Notes: generated from the letters alone by a model not told the origin. A stretch of 64,000 bases of DNA from Lytechinus pictus (GCF_037042905.1 NC_087263.1:10046001-10110000), one strand, 5' to 3'; positions 1 through 13,462 are shown, counted from the first letter of the stretch. Translations and numbers: made by a program.

Positions 1-290
1 ACGAGTGGAACGAGAAATGCCTTTACTTTTATATTGTACAATTTAGTATTGCACGTTAGTATAATTATTCTAATTAATTATTTGGAAGCCATATTGACAG
101 GACAGAGACGTGTGTGAAAATTATTTCTTTTTTGCGCTTACAATAAGGGGCCCCCTGGATGGCCCCCCGGGATTGGACCCCCTGGATTTGCATATGCGCT
201 ATTTTTATACTTCTCTTTACAGTCTTTAAGATGTCAATCCGTTAATTTCTAAGATGATTAACATTACTTTGTATTATGTTTGAACTGTAA

Positions 291-560
291 AGCGTCGTGG
301 TGTAGCGGTTTTGACTCTCGCCTTGTAATCATAGTGTGTCGTGTGTTCGAATCACATCACGGCCTAGCGTCCTTTCCCCCACGTGTTAAATGGGTACCCG
401 GTATGATGCGAAAGCCTAAGTAGTATGCCCAGTAATTGAGTCTTGCAACTCTTGTTGGAATGCTCTCCAGGGAGTGGAGAAAGTGCATACATCGTGTGCG
501 GGAATGTAAAGCGCTTAGAAACAAAGTGTAATAAGCACTATAAAAATGAAACTATTATTA
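291..560 (+). mobile_element. tRNA-derived SINE
   Basis: A-box-like TGGTGTAGCGG and B-box-like GTTCGAATC, shared core aaatgggtacccgg, (TAT)n tail; homologous to 8977-9341. Confidence 0.75.
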
Positions 561-971
561 TCATAAAAGAATGAATTGAATCGGGAAAATGTGAAGTTCT
601 TCCGCAAAGATACTTTGTCTCCGCACAATAACGGTCTTATCGCACATTGCCTAGTTACAATAAATACATCGATGAAGTGATATTGAAATCGATACTGGGA
701 TCTCATTGTATTATGTTGATGTGGGGAAGTTCTCTGGTTTCCACCCATACAAAATGTTTAATTGGACGCTGTGCGTCACCTAACCGACAACAAATAAACA
801 ATGTATCACTTTGATATTAACTCCTCAAGCAGAATAAGGGGAATGATGAGTCAATTTTATTAAAAGATACATACAAATGAAATAAATATAAGCAAAATTT
901 GTTAATTTTCATGACATCAACTTGCGTTTAATAGTCACTCCCTCGACTCTATAGAAATATGATTCACTTAC

Positions 972-1072
972 CTCGTTAACTATATTCACGATGTCTGACC
1001 CCTGTGATTCTCAAGCAGGGACGTCCCTCTCATGTCCCTGCTCTAAAGTGTATATGCTAAATGGTAAGGTTT
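972..1072 (-). other. Candidate exon C (101 nt, or 66 nt from the internal CAG, 972-1037): ...GHERDVPA*ESQGSDIVNIVNE
   Basis: GAG|GTAAGT donor at 971-966; acceptor-side intron (+ strand ctgttggaagtgaagtaataaa) homologous to that of exon B. Confidence 0.55.
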
Positions 1073-1499
1073 CTGTTGGAAGTGAAGTAATAAAGCAATA
1101 AAATAACGCAATTATTTGATACACAGGGGCCACTGGCTTTTAAGGAGGGGGGGGGGGGGACTGACCATGCAAAATGACAACCGGATTGCAATTTTAACAT
1201 TTTTTGTACACGTTAATTAGTTTGTGAGTAGAGAGTCTTTAGTGTTGTTTTATGATATGAAGAATATAAGGGTGAATAATGAATTAATTCATGGTTTTGT
1301 CTTACACATCATCAGTAAAACCACAAGACGACCTCCTAATACGTATAAGATGATAAGCCTAAGTATTTCCAGTGGGCAGTTCCTGTAAAAATGTCCGTTA
1401 TATATCAGACACAATAGACATAGTCCACATCTATTACTACTGCTGCTACTACGACTACTGTTTCCTTGCGCGTATTTGGAGGGGGGGGGGCCTCGGGGC

Positions 1500-4400
1500 C
1501 CGGGCCCCGGGCAGCGAAATTATTTTTCCCACCAAGTTCTGGACCGACATATGAATATTCATGACTTGCGTCTTCGGATTGAGAGGGCGCATGCGCGTGG
1601 ACTTGGCCTCGACCAGTGCTGATCGTAAGCATTCACGTTGCTCAGAATGAATTAGCATCGTCAAATTACCGGTACCCTTACATAGTTACATAGGCCTTAT
1701 AGGCTTAGATCTATATACATCCAATTCTTAAACATTTATCAAACTAGCTGCCATTAATGGCAAGACATGTGCTAGGGTAGGGCTAGCTTAGGCTAGCGCA
1801 TTAACTTTACCTCAAATCTGGACATGCCTAATACTAATAGGAATAGCTGACTAATGCCATGGTTAACTTCGAACTTGTTAATTCCGAACTTTACGTTTGA
1901 TTAGGTTTGGACCAATATTAGCTTATTTACCATGGTTTAATATGTCTAGTCCGTATACAGAACCAGTCCTAGATCTAAAATAAATATCTTAGTTCTAGTC
2001 TAGTCTCTAGATCTAGACTCTGATCTACGCGCTATCAGCATGGAACCACTACTAGTGTACCAAAGGGGGGGGGCAGACTGCCCCCTGACGAGTCACAACT
2101 GATCCAGGGGACGTGCCCCCCCCCTTGAGAAGCCAAATTAATAATTTGTAATGTCAAAATGCAACGAAAAAAGACGTATGTCCCCTCTTTTGAACATGAA
2201 GATCTTTTTTTTTTCTTGTCAAATTTTTTTCAGCTACGAAATCCTTAATTTTGGGTGAAGACGGGGATCAAGATCACTGACGTTAATTTGTGCCTGACGT
2301 TAGAATACGTTCCATGCACGCACTGGTGTACCTAGAATTTTCCAAAAGGGGGGCAAATTTTTTAGAGGATATTTCGTCCGCGAAAAAATGTGACAAGCCC
2401 CCCCCCAAAAAAAAGGGTCTTCACCCCAAATTATGGATTTCTTAGCTGAAAAAAAAAATTGACAAGCAAAAAAAAAAAAAAAAAGATCTTCACGTACAAA
2501 AAAAGGGGACATACGTCTTTTTCATTGCATTTTTACATTACAAATTATTAATTTGGCTTCTCAAAGGGGGCACATTCCCTGAATCAGTTGTGACTCGTCA
2601 GAGGGACAGTCTCTCCCCCCCCCCCCCCCCTTGGTACACTAGTGGTTCCATGCTGATACAGCGTAGATCAGAGTCTAGATATAGAGACTAGACTAGAACT
2701 AAGATAATTTTTTTTTAGATCTAGGACTGGTTTTGTATACGGACTAGACATATTAAACCATGGCAAATAAGCTAATATTTTGTCTAAACCTAATTAAACG
2801 TGAAGTTCGGAATTGACCAGTTCGAAGTTAACCATGGCATTAGTCGGCTATTCAGTGTTGTAGTCAAGGTTCAAACCTCCAAGGCCAAGGCTTTAATACC
2901 CAAGGCCAAGGCTTCAATACCAAAGGCCAAGGCATGGAAACCCAAGGCCAAGGCCTGAAAACCTCAAGGCCAAGGCATTTCAAACTTACGATATACAGAA
3001 CAATGAACTAACAATACTCAGGCGGCAGACATCACACATTGTAAAATGTATGTGAGGGAGGGGACTGAGCGAGAAAAAAAAAAATAACCTTTGTACATTT
3101 AAAACAAAAATAACTTCATGATAGAGACATATTAAAATAATGATATAGTTACCTGTGTACACATAATCCATAATTTTTCTATAGGCGATTTACATTGCAA
3201 TAATTATTATTACCACGGTCATCTGATCCTGGCATTCTCAACGTATGTTTTTCTCCACTCCCTGGGACAGGGGCAGCAGAAAATTATTATGGGGGGGGGG
3301 GGGTCAACGCCAAAAAGGCACCCATTTATCAAAATTAGTTTTTTTTGTGCAAACAGATACATGTATTTTAAAAATGAGATTATGAACTGCGTGAAGTAAT
3401 TGTGTGTTTTATAGAAATTAAGATGAGCAAAGGCTTTCTAAAGTGATTTTTAATTATAAGATAGATATTTTGCTTTAGGTTTTACTTCTCAGCGAGAAAG
3501 CATAGCGAGCAAGCGGTTTTGAAAAAAAAATCAATTCTGATGTTGTAAAACTTGATTTATGGTCAATTATGGGGCTAATCATTGTTGAAATTTCCTTGCG
3601 CGATGTTGCCAGCGCGAATCACCAGCTCAAACTTCTTGACATGTCGTGTAATAAGACATGGAAATTATTTTATTCTGAGCTGGTTTTGTAATCATGAAAA
3701 AGATGTGTATCTAACTAAAAATAACTTTGCGCTCGCTAATTCTTTTTATATACTGACCAGTAAAGGAAGCAGTTAATTAAGCAGTTAATTACTGCATTTT
3801 AAATAAGATATATACATAACTCACCAATAAAAAATAATGCGAGCGCAAAGCGCGAGCTCAAAAATTTGTGATATTCCAACCTGAAAACTGGACATTCTAA
3901 GCATTTTTTTGTGAACGGGAAGAGAACGAGTACAATAATTGATGCGAGTGCAGGAAGCGAGCCAAATATTTGTGATATTTCAACCATGCATAAAGCAACA
4001 TTCTATACTTTTTGTAACCATTAGCAGTACTGTACTAAACAATAATTGATGCAAGCACGATTCAAAATCTGTGATTTTCGAACCTAAAATGTATTATGTT
4101 TTATTATTAAAGAAGGTATTTCTTTTTTTAAAAGGGCATATTTCATTTGGAAAAAAAAATCCTACAGGGATTTTTTTTTGGAGGGGGGGGGGCAAGAGAG
4201 CACAAAGCGCAAGCTAAAATTTTCAAATGCTTAAACTGAAAATGAGTTTTTTTTAGGACTCTTGTCAGTTTTCATATTTTTTTCTGCTTACAACCACTTT
4301 TATTAAACAGTTAATTAATCATTAATTATTTATACTTATTGATAATATTAATAATTATTAATTTTTTAATTATTTTTGTTAATTATTATTTCTTGAAACC

Positions 4401-5841
4401 ATATTGACACAAAAACAAATACGTTGTTTATTTCCTTGAAACTGTAGAGAAATGAGATTCAATGTTGAACGATATATGATTAAAAAGAAGTAAACATTTT
4501 TTCCCCTTTGTTTTGTCAATCTGACCCCCCAAAAATATAAAATTTAGAAGAGAGATAGAGAAAAGAAGAAGTCCCACCACCAAGAAAAAACTTAGACAAG
4601 GGGGGAAAGGGAAAGGAAAAGATGGAGTAAATGTGACATTATTTTTAAACAATCTATTGCAAAATTAGCTTTTCTTATAGAAAGAGGGGGACAGATTTTG
4701 TTCACTCGCTCGCTTCAATCGCTTTCTTCTTTTTTTTGACAGAAATTTTGCTCTATATATGCCATGCTTGGCCCCTCAAAGTTTCTGGCTCATCATTCCA
4801 TTGACATAAACCATTTGGATATGACAAAATTGGAGACTGTTTTCAAGTTTACCAAATCTTTTCAGAATATCATTAAGACTTAAAACATTCTTGTTGGCCA
4901 AAGAAAATAATACAAGGAAAATCCTAATGGAATAGAAATCAACCTTGTTATCGTTCTTTAGAGGTAGCTATGTTTAAAGTATGAAAATTGTTGTCAAAAT
5001 TGCAGTCAGATGTAAAAATTATTCTTGTCATCAAAGCACTATTATCTTGATCATGACCATTATTATTTACTGTCATTATCATCATATGATTACAACACAT
5101 TACCATTACATAATGCTATTTTTCATAACTGATGTATTCTTTGTTTGAATTTCTTGATAATGGTGACAATTACAATTGATGACACTGCTAGTACACTTAC
5201 TACTGCTGCTGCTACTGTTACTGGTGATTGGTAGTATTGACCATTAGTGTTCTTAAAAAAAAAAAAAAAAAAAAAAACAATTGAAACATTTATAATTACT
5301 TATTTAAAACAAATGAAAGTACAAAATACAAAATGCCTTGAAAGCCTTGAAAATGCCTTAAAATTTCAAGGCTCAAAATCCTCAAGGCCAAGGCCCTCTC
5401 AAGGCCAAGGCTTTGAATAAGTAGCTAGGCATTAAGGCGCCTTAAAAGGCGAAGGCCGAGCATCAAGGCACTACAACACTGATTAGTACTATAGGCATTA
5501 ATTAGATAGGTCCAGATTTGAGGTAAAGTTAATGCGCTAGCCTAAGCTAGCCCTACCCTAGCACATGTCTTGCCATTAATGGCAGCTAGTTTATTAAGTG
5601 TTTAAGAATTGGATATATATATATATAGATCTAAGCCTATAAGACCTATATGTAACTATGTAAGGGTACCGGTAATTTGACGATGTTAATTCATTCTGAG
5701 CAACGTGAATGCTTACGATCGGCACTGGTATGGTCGAGGCCAAGTCCACTGCGCATGCGTACTCTCAATCCGAAGACGCAAGTCATGAATATTCATATGT
5801 TGGTCCAGAACTCGGTGGGAAAAATAATTTCGCCCCCGGGC
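1500..5841. repeat. Large inverted duplication: left arm ~1500-2262; right arm ~2417-2852 plus 5482-5841
   Basis: Arms align along their length as reverse complements (mirror ORFs 1405-1664 on - and 5677-5975 on +). Confidence 0.9.
2853..5481. mobile_element. TIR element CAGTGTTGTAGT...ACTACAACACTG with CAAGGC subterminal arrays, containing a further nested element (~3270-4800)
   Basis: 12-bp perfect TIR; CAAGGCCAAGG repeats at 2875-2980 and 5380-5470; interrupts the right arm of the 1500-5841 inverted repeat. Confidence 0.8.
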
Positions 5842-8800
5842 AGGCGAAAAGGAGGAGGCCAAAAAGAGGAAGAAAGAAAGGAAAAGAAAAGGGGAGAGAA
5901 AAGGATGGAAAGAGCAGTTCTCATAATCCTGAAAAACTTGTCTATCTAACCCAAGCATTAACGCGAACACGTTAAAATTCATGATATTCTAACCAGAAAT
6001 CTGGACATTTTTTATAGGCATTTTTTAACCAGAAGAATGGTGAGTAAAGAAAATTCTTTTCTAATCTGAAATGTATTATGTTTTACTTCAAAAAGAGTAT
6101 CTTATTTCGAAATAAGCACATTTCATTAAAAAAAAAGGCATTTCCTTTTTTGGAAAAGGGCATTTTTTTTTACCTGCGGGGATTTTTTTTATCATAACCA
6201 GCAAAAGCTGTTGAAAATGACACCCTCTCCGCTAAAAAAATCCCCTCATCTTGGAGTTATTCACATGATCGTCAGCAATACACAGTCCCCGACATTCTTA
6301 ATCCATATTCCGATATTTCTCAGAGAAAAAATATTAAGATGTTTGATCCAAGCGCCAATTCTTGATGCGATACACGATTTTACCACAACATACACAAGTA
6401 TAATCCTTCGTTGAAACTATTACTGCATAATATATTGTTATTGTGACCATTTTTTTGTTTAAAAAAATATTAATTTCACTTTCGGAAAAACGAACCGTAT
6501 TTCATTTTCGAACTAACGAACCTTCTGAATTACGAAACTTATTTTGTTTCCGTATTAACGAACCTTTGGAATTACGAATCTTCGGAATTACCAAGGAGCT
6601 TCCTTGGAATGACGAATGTTACCTCAAATTATTGTCCTCATTCACATTTTGCATTATATAGTAAGGGGCGAATAGACGAGGAACCATAAAAAATCTTATA
6701 ATTTTAATATACTGTATAGTGAAAGAAATTTTCGTACAGCTGATAAACACTGTCGGTCACTCACAGTTTGCATTACACAGTATAAGTGTAATAAAATGGG
6801 CTATGAGGCGGTTGTAGCTTCTCAGTGCATAGGAGTTATACACACACAGATATAACGAAAGCTTGGAATTTGAGAAAAAAGGGCATGAGCTAAATATCTC
6901 AGAGACGATTATTAAAATTACGCTTATAATTCTTTTCATTCTATATTGTGGTGTGTTTCAGGCTTTTTGAGAGCAAACACAAGCGCTCATACACATGTTT
7001 CATTTTTAAGTTTCAGATCCTTTTCTTATCAACAGCTCACAACACCCGCTTCAAACATTTAAAATCAACATTTTGTTATTTGTTCTTTACTAAGCTCTAA
7101 CGAGTATGCATATCGGGCAATTTTCACAGTGAAAAGACACTCTACCCCCGCACATTCCGATGCTTTTATATGTTGCTCTTTAATGTACAAAACCCTTAAA
7201 ATACATAATTTTTTTTCTAGGATCACACGATTTGTATTTTCGTCACGAAATGCCATTACTTCATTTTGCTTAGAAATCAATAGAAATGTCTTTCGTTATT
7301 TCAAAATAATATTTCAAAAGGTTGATCAACCGTGAACCTATCAACGGAAGAGCTGATAAAAGAACCATTTTCTCGGCGATGACGATTTATTATTCTGGAA
7401 TGTGTAGTTCTTTCATACAAAGTGTTTTCTGTTGATTTGAAGACAGTAAAATTTTGATAGAATGACGCGTAGTTCAAGGATATAACAGCGGCCGCGGAAC
7501 GGTTAAAAAAAAAGGGGGGGCTGGCTTACCACGCAAACATGACAATCAGATGGGCATTTTAAGTTTTTGTACACGGTTTTGGAAAAAATGGGGGGGGGGG
7601 GGTCTGGAGCCCACCCTGTCCCACCCACCCCCTAGTATGACTGGAATCTAAATATGGGGGTCGGGGTATTTGTATGAACAATCGTTTTTTAAAGCCCTTT
7701 AACAGCTTCCCTTCCCATTTTTGCGTGGGGAATTCTTATTTAAAACTGCCGTTTTGAATATATATCAATTTCGTGGATACAAATAAGATGTCATTATAAA
7801 CAATGAGAGTGCGAGCGCGAGAATATTTTTCCTGATATTTCACGTAATTATTTAGACCTTAAAAGTAAACATTCTGAGCCGTTTCTTGTAATCATGAGCA
7901 AGATCGTAGTAAAAAAAATAATGCGAGCGAGAACGTGAAAATTTGTAGAATTACGATCTGAAAATGAATATTTTGAACAGGTTTACACTCATTAAAAAGC
8001 TATTTATCTCGATAAATGATGCGATCTTATATCTTATACTGACTTTTAATAAATTACAATAAATTGCAGGCAAATTATGAAGAGGATGTGGAACTCACTA
8101 AGTTAATGATTTTTTTGCCGATTAAGCACTATAAATGGGCATTCTAAACGTTTTGTGATGGATGCATGTGTCAAACTAAACAATCAATGCGAATATTTGA
8201 TTTACTGCATGACAGGGATAATTCAGGGAGGGTTCATGAGAATTCATATAGAGGATACGTATCTTACAATTTGAATAATACGAATGCATAGCACGAGCCG
8301 ATATTTTTGTATTCATCACTTTTTTTTTATAAATTATAATCATGAACAGGATCCGTATCTCACCAAAAAAAGGAATGAAAAACTCAAATCGCCAGCAGAA
8401 TAATTTGTGCATGTTGACATGAAAATGGAATATTTTAGACCCCAGTTCCTCCTCTTGAGCAGATGTTTATCTCACTCATAAAGCAATGCGAGCACGAAGC
8501 GTGAGCGTTTTTTATTTTCATATATAAATGTCTATTTCCTTATGTTTAATATTATGTATGTTTTTTTTTATATTTTCTTTTTTCCCTTATTTTTTTTTCT
8601 TTTTGCGCCGCCTCGGGTGGCACGGCTGCTTCTGCCAATTTTGTCATATGTATGTCCGAGTATATTTTTTCTATTGATAACCCCATTTTCTCTTTTCCTA
8701 ATTACTTGTCTTTTCTTTCTTTGAGGCGCTATTAATGCTTACTCAATTTTGACTTTTTCAAGTTTGACTGTAATTACTTCGAGCGCGAAGCGCGAGTTGA

Positions 8801-8976
8801 AATCTGATAGTGAACTAATCCAACGGGACTGCAATTAATGACTGTTTGCAGTTACCCATAAAGACGATACGTATTTAAACAAGCAAATAATTCGAGCACA
8901 AAAAGCGAGGTGAAAATCTGTGCGATTCCGACCTGAAAACTGGATATTCTAAGCACTTTTATAATCATGAACACGA

Positions 8977-9341
8977 TAATAATAATAATAATAACAATAA
9001 TAATCCGTTTTTATATAGCGCTATATCGGAACGACGTGCCTTGTGCTTTACAGATTACCCCGCTCATCGGATTTAATCAGTCATTCCCACACACAATGTA
9101 TGCACATCCTCCACTCCCTGGGGAGTATTCCAGTCAGTCGCCTGTGAGGCGCACGCAATACTGGACAAGCTACAATGACTTTCACAACCTACCGGGTACC
9201 CATTTAGCACCTGGGCCACGATCGAGAGTGGCATAGTGTGGATTAACGCCTTGCCAAAGGACGCCAGACCGCAGTGGGATTCGAAAACACGACCTTCTGT
9301 TTTCAAGGTGAGAGTCAGAACAACCAAACCACGGCTCCCCC
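8977..9341 (-). mobile_element. tRNA-derived SINE
   Basis: Reverse-complement homologue of 291-560, with (ATT)n tail at 8977-9005. Confidence 0.8.
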
Positions 9342-10199
9342 ATTATAGAATATGTATGTAACTAAACAATTAATGCGAGCGAGGAGCAAAAGCCCTGCAA
9401 TTTTGTTATTTAGAAAACGGGAAAATCAATTCATATTTTGTAACCAGGGAAAGGATGGGTATGTTCCTACATAAATAATGAGAGCGCGAAGCGCGAGCAG
9501 AAAACTTTTTTAATTCTGATCTAAACCTCCTAGATTAGGTCAGTTTAATTTTGTTCAATTCCAATATTAAAACATTTTACAACACATTTGATGAAAACAT
9601 GCAATTCAAGATGAAATAAAGCAATTCAATAGTATGTACATACATATTGGTATAAATATTTAAATTAGGTAAAGCTGTAAAAAATGAAGGTCTTATCAAG
9701 ACAGCTCCTTTATTAATTGAAGATTTGATCAATTAATAAGAGCGGAGAACAAGTATTCAGTAAATAAAAATGAATTGCGTTTTGCACCAAGACAAACCCG
9801 GGGGGAGTGGACTTAAAGTCCATGTTTTTAGACCTGGAATGTGGACATTATAAACATATTTCTTTTTATAATGATGAAGAAGGGTATCTTCCTAAATCAA
9901 TAATGCAAGCACGATGCGCGAGCTAAACATGTTTTATGTTCCGATCTGAAAAAAAAAACACTATTTCAAGCACTATGTTGGAAAATTGTGACGAGGATAA
10001 GGGTCGCACTACGATGCGAACCCGAAGTACGAGCTTTTTTTTACTTTGACCTAGGAACGGGACAAGCACATTTTGTCATTAAGTCCTATATGAAAATGAT
10101 GACTATCTCCCTTATTCCCTTGCTGGAAATGTTGATATTCCGATCTGAAAAAGCAACAATTCAATGATTAGGAATTCATGAAAAGGATATTATTTGTTC

Positions 10200-10495
10200 G
10201 GGCGTCGTGGTCTAGTGGTTAAGACTCGTTTTTTTCAATCTGAAGGACATGGGTTCGATTCCAAGCCATGTGTGTTTTCCTTCAGCAATAAATTCACCAA
10301 CATTGTGCTGCACTCAACCCTGGTGAAGTAAATGGGTACCGACAGGAAGTAATTCCTCAAAAAGCTGTGTCACCGGTATCGGTAGACTAGCTTAGCCGGT
10401 GTAATATAGGAGCGCATTGAGCACCTAAAAATGTAGATACGGGCGCTATACAAATATTATATTATTATTATTACTATTAATATCATCATTATTAT
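10200..10495 (+). mobile_element. tRNA-derived SINE (second subfamily)
   Basis: GTGGTCTAGTGG A box, GGTTCGATTCC B box, cattgtgctgcactcaaccc..aaatgggtacc core, (ATT)n tail. Confidence 0.8.
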
Positions 10496-10880
10496 CACAT
10501 TTAACTAATATTTAATCAATATGCCTAATGAAATTAATGGCGATATTTGTTGATATTAAGTCCTTAAAGCTAGACATTTTAAGCACTTTTGTAATTATGA
10601 ATAGGATACGGATGCTTACAGATGATACGGATCCTAGCGGATGCTGCCATAGCTACCGTAAGTGGCCGTGTGACTTAAGCATTATCTACATACAAGCATA
10701 CGATTGTCAAAGAAACTTTTTTCTGTCTACTTTTAAAAGAATACATATGACATAGAGCATGATTCAACATTTAGTATTTCAAGAAGAATATGGGGATTTC
10801 TGTGTGTCAAAAATTAACTCGTATCATTCGCAAAAAGAAGAAATAATAAAGAGGATGAGTTTTTAATAAATTTAACTTAC

Positions 10881-10946
10881 CTCAGTGACTATATCCACTC
10901 CTTGAGATTCTCATGCTCTCACTGTATTTCCTATGTGGTCAGATCC
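10881..10946 (-). other. Candidate exon B, 66 nt (GSDHIGNTVRA*ESQGVDIVTE)
   Basis: CAG acceptor after pyrimidine-rich tract, consensus GAG|GTAAGT donor; paralogous to 972-1072 including the flanking intron. Confidence 0.55.
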
Positions 10947-11519
10947 CTGTTGAGAGTGAAGTGATAAACTAATAAATAACAAAATTATCAGAATTCTTTA
11001 ATGTATATAGGAACCCCCAAAAGATTTTGAACATGTAGGTAGGGGTTGGCCGGTCATGCGCAAAAGTTCAATCAGATGGCAATTTTTTTGATTTTGTACA
11101 CCTTTATTGAAAAATTGGGGTTGAGGCTGAAACGCCCTTCCCTCGGTTCCTCGGCCCATGAATTAAAAATCAAACTTAAGACAATTATTAAAAATGGCTA
11201 GGAAATTAATTATTAGAATTTTCTATCTTCAAATTTCCAGGGCTTCCCCTTCCTCAGGGGTAAGATGATCCTTGATCCACGAATCTAGATTAAAAAATAA
11301 TGAAAACCGTCACGGCTGTGTTTAGGTTTAGTGTGGATGATGATTGCGTTTAAGCATAAAAGGAAAGAGAGATGGAAAAATATCTTAACACAGTTAATAG
11401 AATTTGGTCAATGATAAAGTGATTATGCATGTATAAGAAGATAACATTTTCTGACATCTACTGAATCAGAAATGCAAGGAAGCACAGGGAACAAACCCTA
11501 AAACATATGAACACCACCA

Positions 11520-11556
11520 TCACTACTACTACTACTACTGCTGCTACTACTACTAT

Positions 11557-11617
<61 letters not shown>

Positions 11618-11627
11618 GCTACTGCTG

Positions 11628-11674
<47 letters not shown>

Positions 11675-11675
11675 G

Positions 11676-11719
<44 letters not shown>

Positions 11720-11738
11720 GCTACTACTACTGCTACTG

Positions 11739-11770
<32 letters not shown>

Positions 11771-11774
11771 GCTA

Positions 11775-11809
<35 letters not shown>

Positions 11810-11876
11810 ACTGCTACTACTACTACTAATACTACTACTATAACTGCTACTACTACTAATACTACTACTACTACTA

Positions 11877-11918
<42 letters not shown>

Positions 11919-11919
11919 T

Positions 11920-11954
<35 letters not shown>

Positions 11955-12012
11955 TTACTACTACTTCTACTACTACTATTACTACTACTTCTACTACTAC
12001 TACTACTACTAT

Positions 12013-12100
<88 letters not shown>
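11520..12100. repeat. (ACT)n microsatellite, ~580 bp, with GCT/ATT/AAT interruptions
   Basis: Direct reading. Confidence 0.98.
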
Positions 12101-12233
12101 GTCCTGATGAATACGAGGCATATACTGTTTGTTTCAGAATGGTACTATAAATAAAGTAACATGGTTTTGGAGTCGTTGATTAGATAACCAATAAGATATA
12201 AGTGTGATAATACTTAATTTACGGAGCACTCAC

Positions 12234-12386
12234 ATGGTCCTTGGAAATGCTTTTGTCCTCAGAATAATCCAGTCTGTCTAATTTTCAGTTAGAGATTTTA
12301 CTCCGCTCCCTGTCTTTGTTCTCTCGTTGAGTCAATCTGGCGGCTAAATGAAAATGTTGGTTGGATGTGGTGGATTGTTCCTTCAT
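12234..12386 (-). other. Candidate exon A of a minus-strand spliced transcript (MKEQSTTSNQ...ISN*KLDRLDYSEDKSISKDH)
   Basis: ATG at 12386, GTGAGT donor at 12233-12228 in phase 0; single in-frame TGA at 12287-12285; 5' boundary uncertain. Confidence 0.4.
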
Positions 12387-13082
12387 TCTATGCTTGGTTA
12401 CACCATGGACATGGTTACACTCATAACAGAACGGCGCATTCCGGCGGTTATGATGGAGTCAGCATAACGTGTACATGAATTTACTGGAGCATAACAAATA
12501 ATTAGTAACTCAACTTGGAAAATTTGGTTTGGTACCTGGAGAAATTGTGTGCAAATGTGAGCATTTTTTTTGCCAGTGAAAAACCCCGAATTTCTAATTC
12601 CGACGACATTAACATTTTTGTAGAGACTTATAATGTTTCTTTTTCAATCCTCATACGGATTCAGATGACGTAGAAATGAATGCGAGAATTTTACAGCTAA
12701 CATATTCTACATGTCTCATGCGAAGTTACGAAAAATAAGAACCTCCAAGAGAGAGAGAGAGAAAGAGAGAGAAAGCAAAATCCGGAAAGATAGTAGAAAA
12801 AAAAACAGGAAGAGTACAGTGCTAATCCGCCGGACCTTACTCTCTTCATTCGTGATCATTTTAGGTAACTTTTAATATCATTATGTAAAATTAAGTAATA
12901 TGCACCTTACATGTATATTCCAATTCAAATGTAAGGGGCAATCACTCGTCCACTATATATAGGTTAAGAGAAATAAACACTCTTAATTTCACCACAAGAA
13001 TTTCTAGTAATTATAAAAAGCGCTTCATGGCTAATGATACCGAGAAAATCCAATAAATAGAACAAAAGACCGATCTACTCGT

Positions 13083-13462
13083 CAGACACTCCAATCCCAA
13101 GAACCTTCTGATCTGGAGATTCCCCCGCCTGGATCCCCTAGCAAACTGGAGACTCCAACGCCAACTCCCTTGCGACCGGGGTCCAGGTCTCGCTCAAAGG
13201 TCCCAGGAAGCTCAAGGGTTCTAGATGCTCTCTCATGCTCAGGCTAATTTTTCAATATATGATGGCACCAGTGGCGTAATGAGCCAAAAATGTTGAGGGG
13301 GCTAGATATATGGCGTGTCGCGTAGCGAACAAGTACAAATTTTGACATTTTTATTTGTTTAAAATCCAACTTTGTGATAGACTTTGACATCATATTAAAA
13401 AATTATATCATATTTCACCCTTTTCTCTTTCCTTTTCTCTTTGTTCTTGGTCGTTATTTGTA

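Larger units (their letters stand above)
7485..10670. mobile_element. Degraded composite element region with recurring GCGAGCGCGAAGCGCGAGC-type units
   Basis: Motif variants at ~7811, 7923, 8488, 8780, 9482, 9906 in context similar to 50254-51436; boundaries approximate. Confidence 0.5.

Noticed and set aside
1372..5982. Paired similar ORFs at 1405-1664 and 5677-5982
   Set aside because: They mirror each other only because they lie in the arms of the inverted duplication; indels between arms shift frames and there is no recognisable protein.
10200..10275. tRNA gene (also at ~291 and ~22633)
   Set aside because: A/B boxes are present but the cloverleaf is degenerate and continues into a shared SINE body and (ATT)n tail.
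10620..10685. Additional 66-nt minus-strand exon (tgtAG...GTAAGC)
   Set aside because: TAA/TAG stops in all three frames, weak donor context, overlaps a probable transposon end and is not similar to exons B/C.
11458..12154. Poly-Thr, poly-Ser and poly-Val ORFs (141-215 aa), superficially mucin-like
   Set aside because: Translations of an (ACT)n microsatellite, open on both strands; no splice or domain context.
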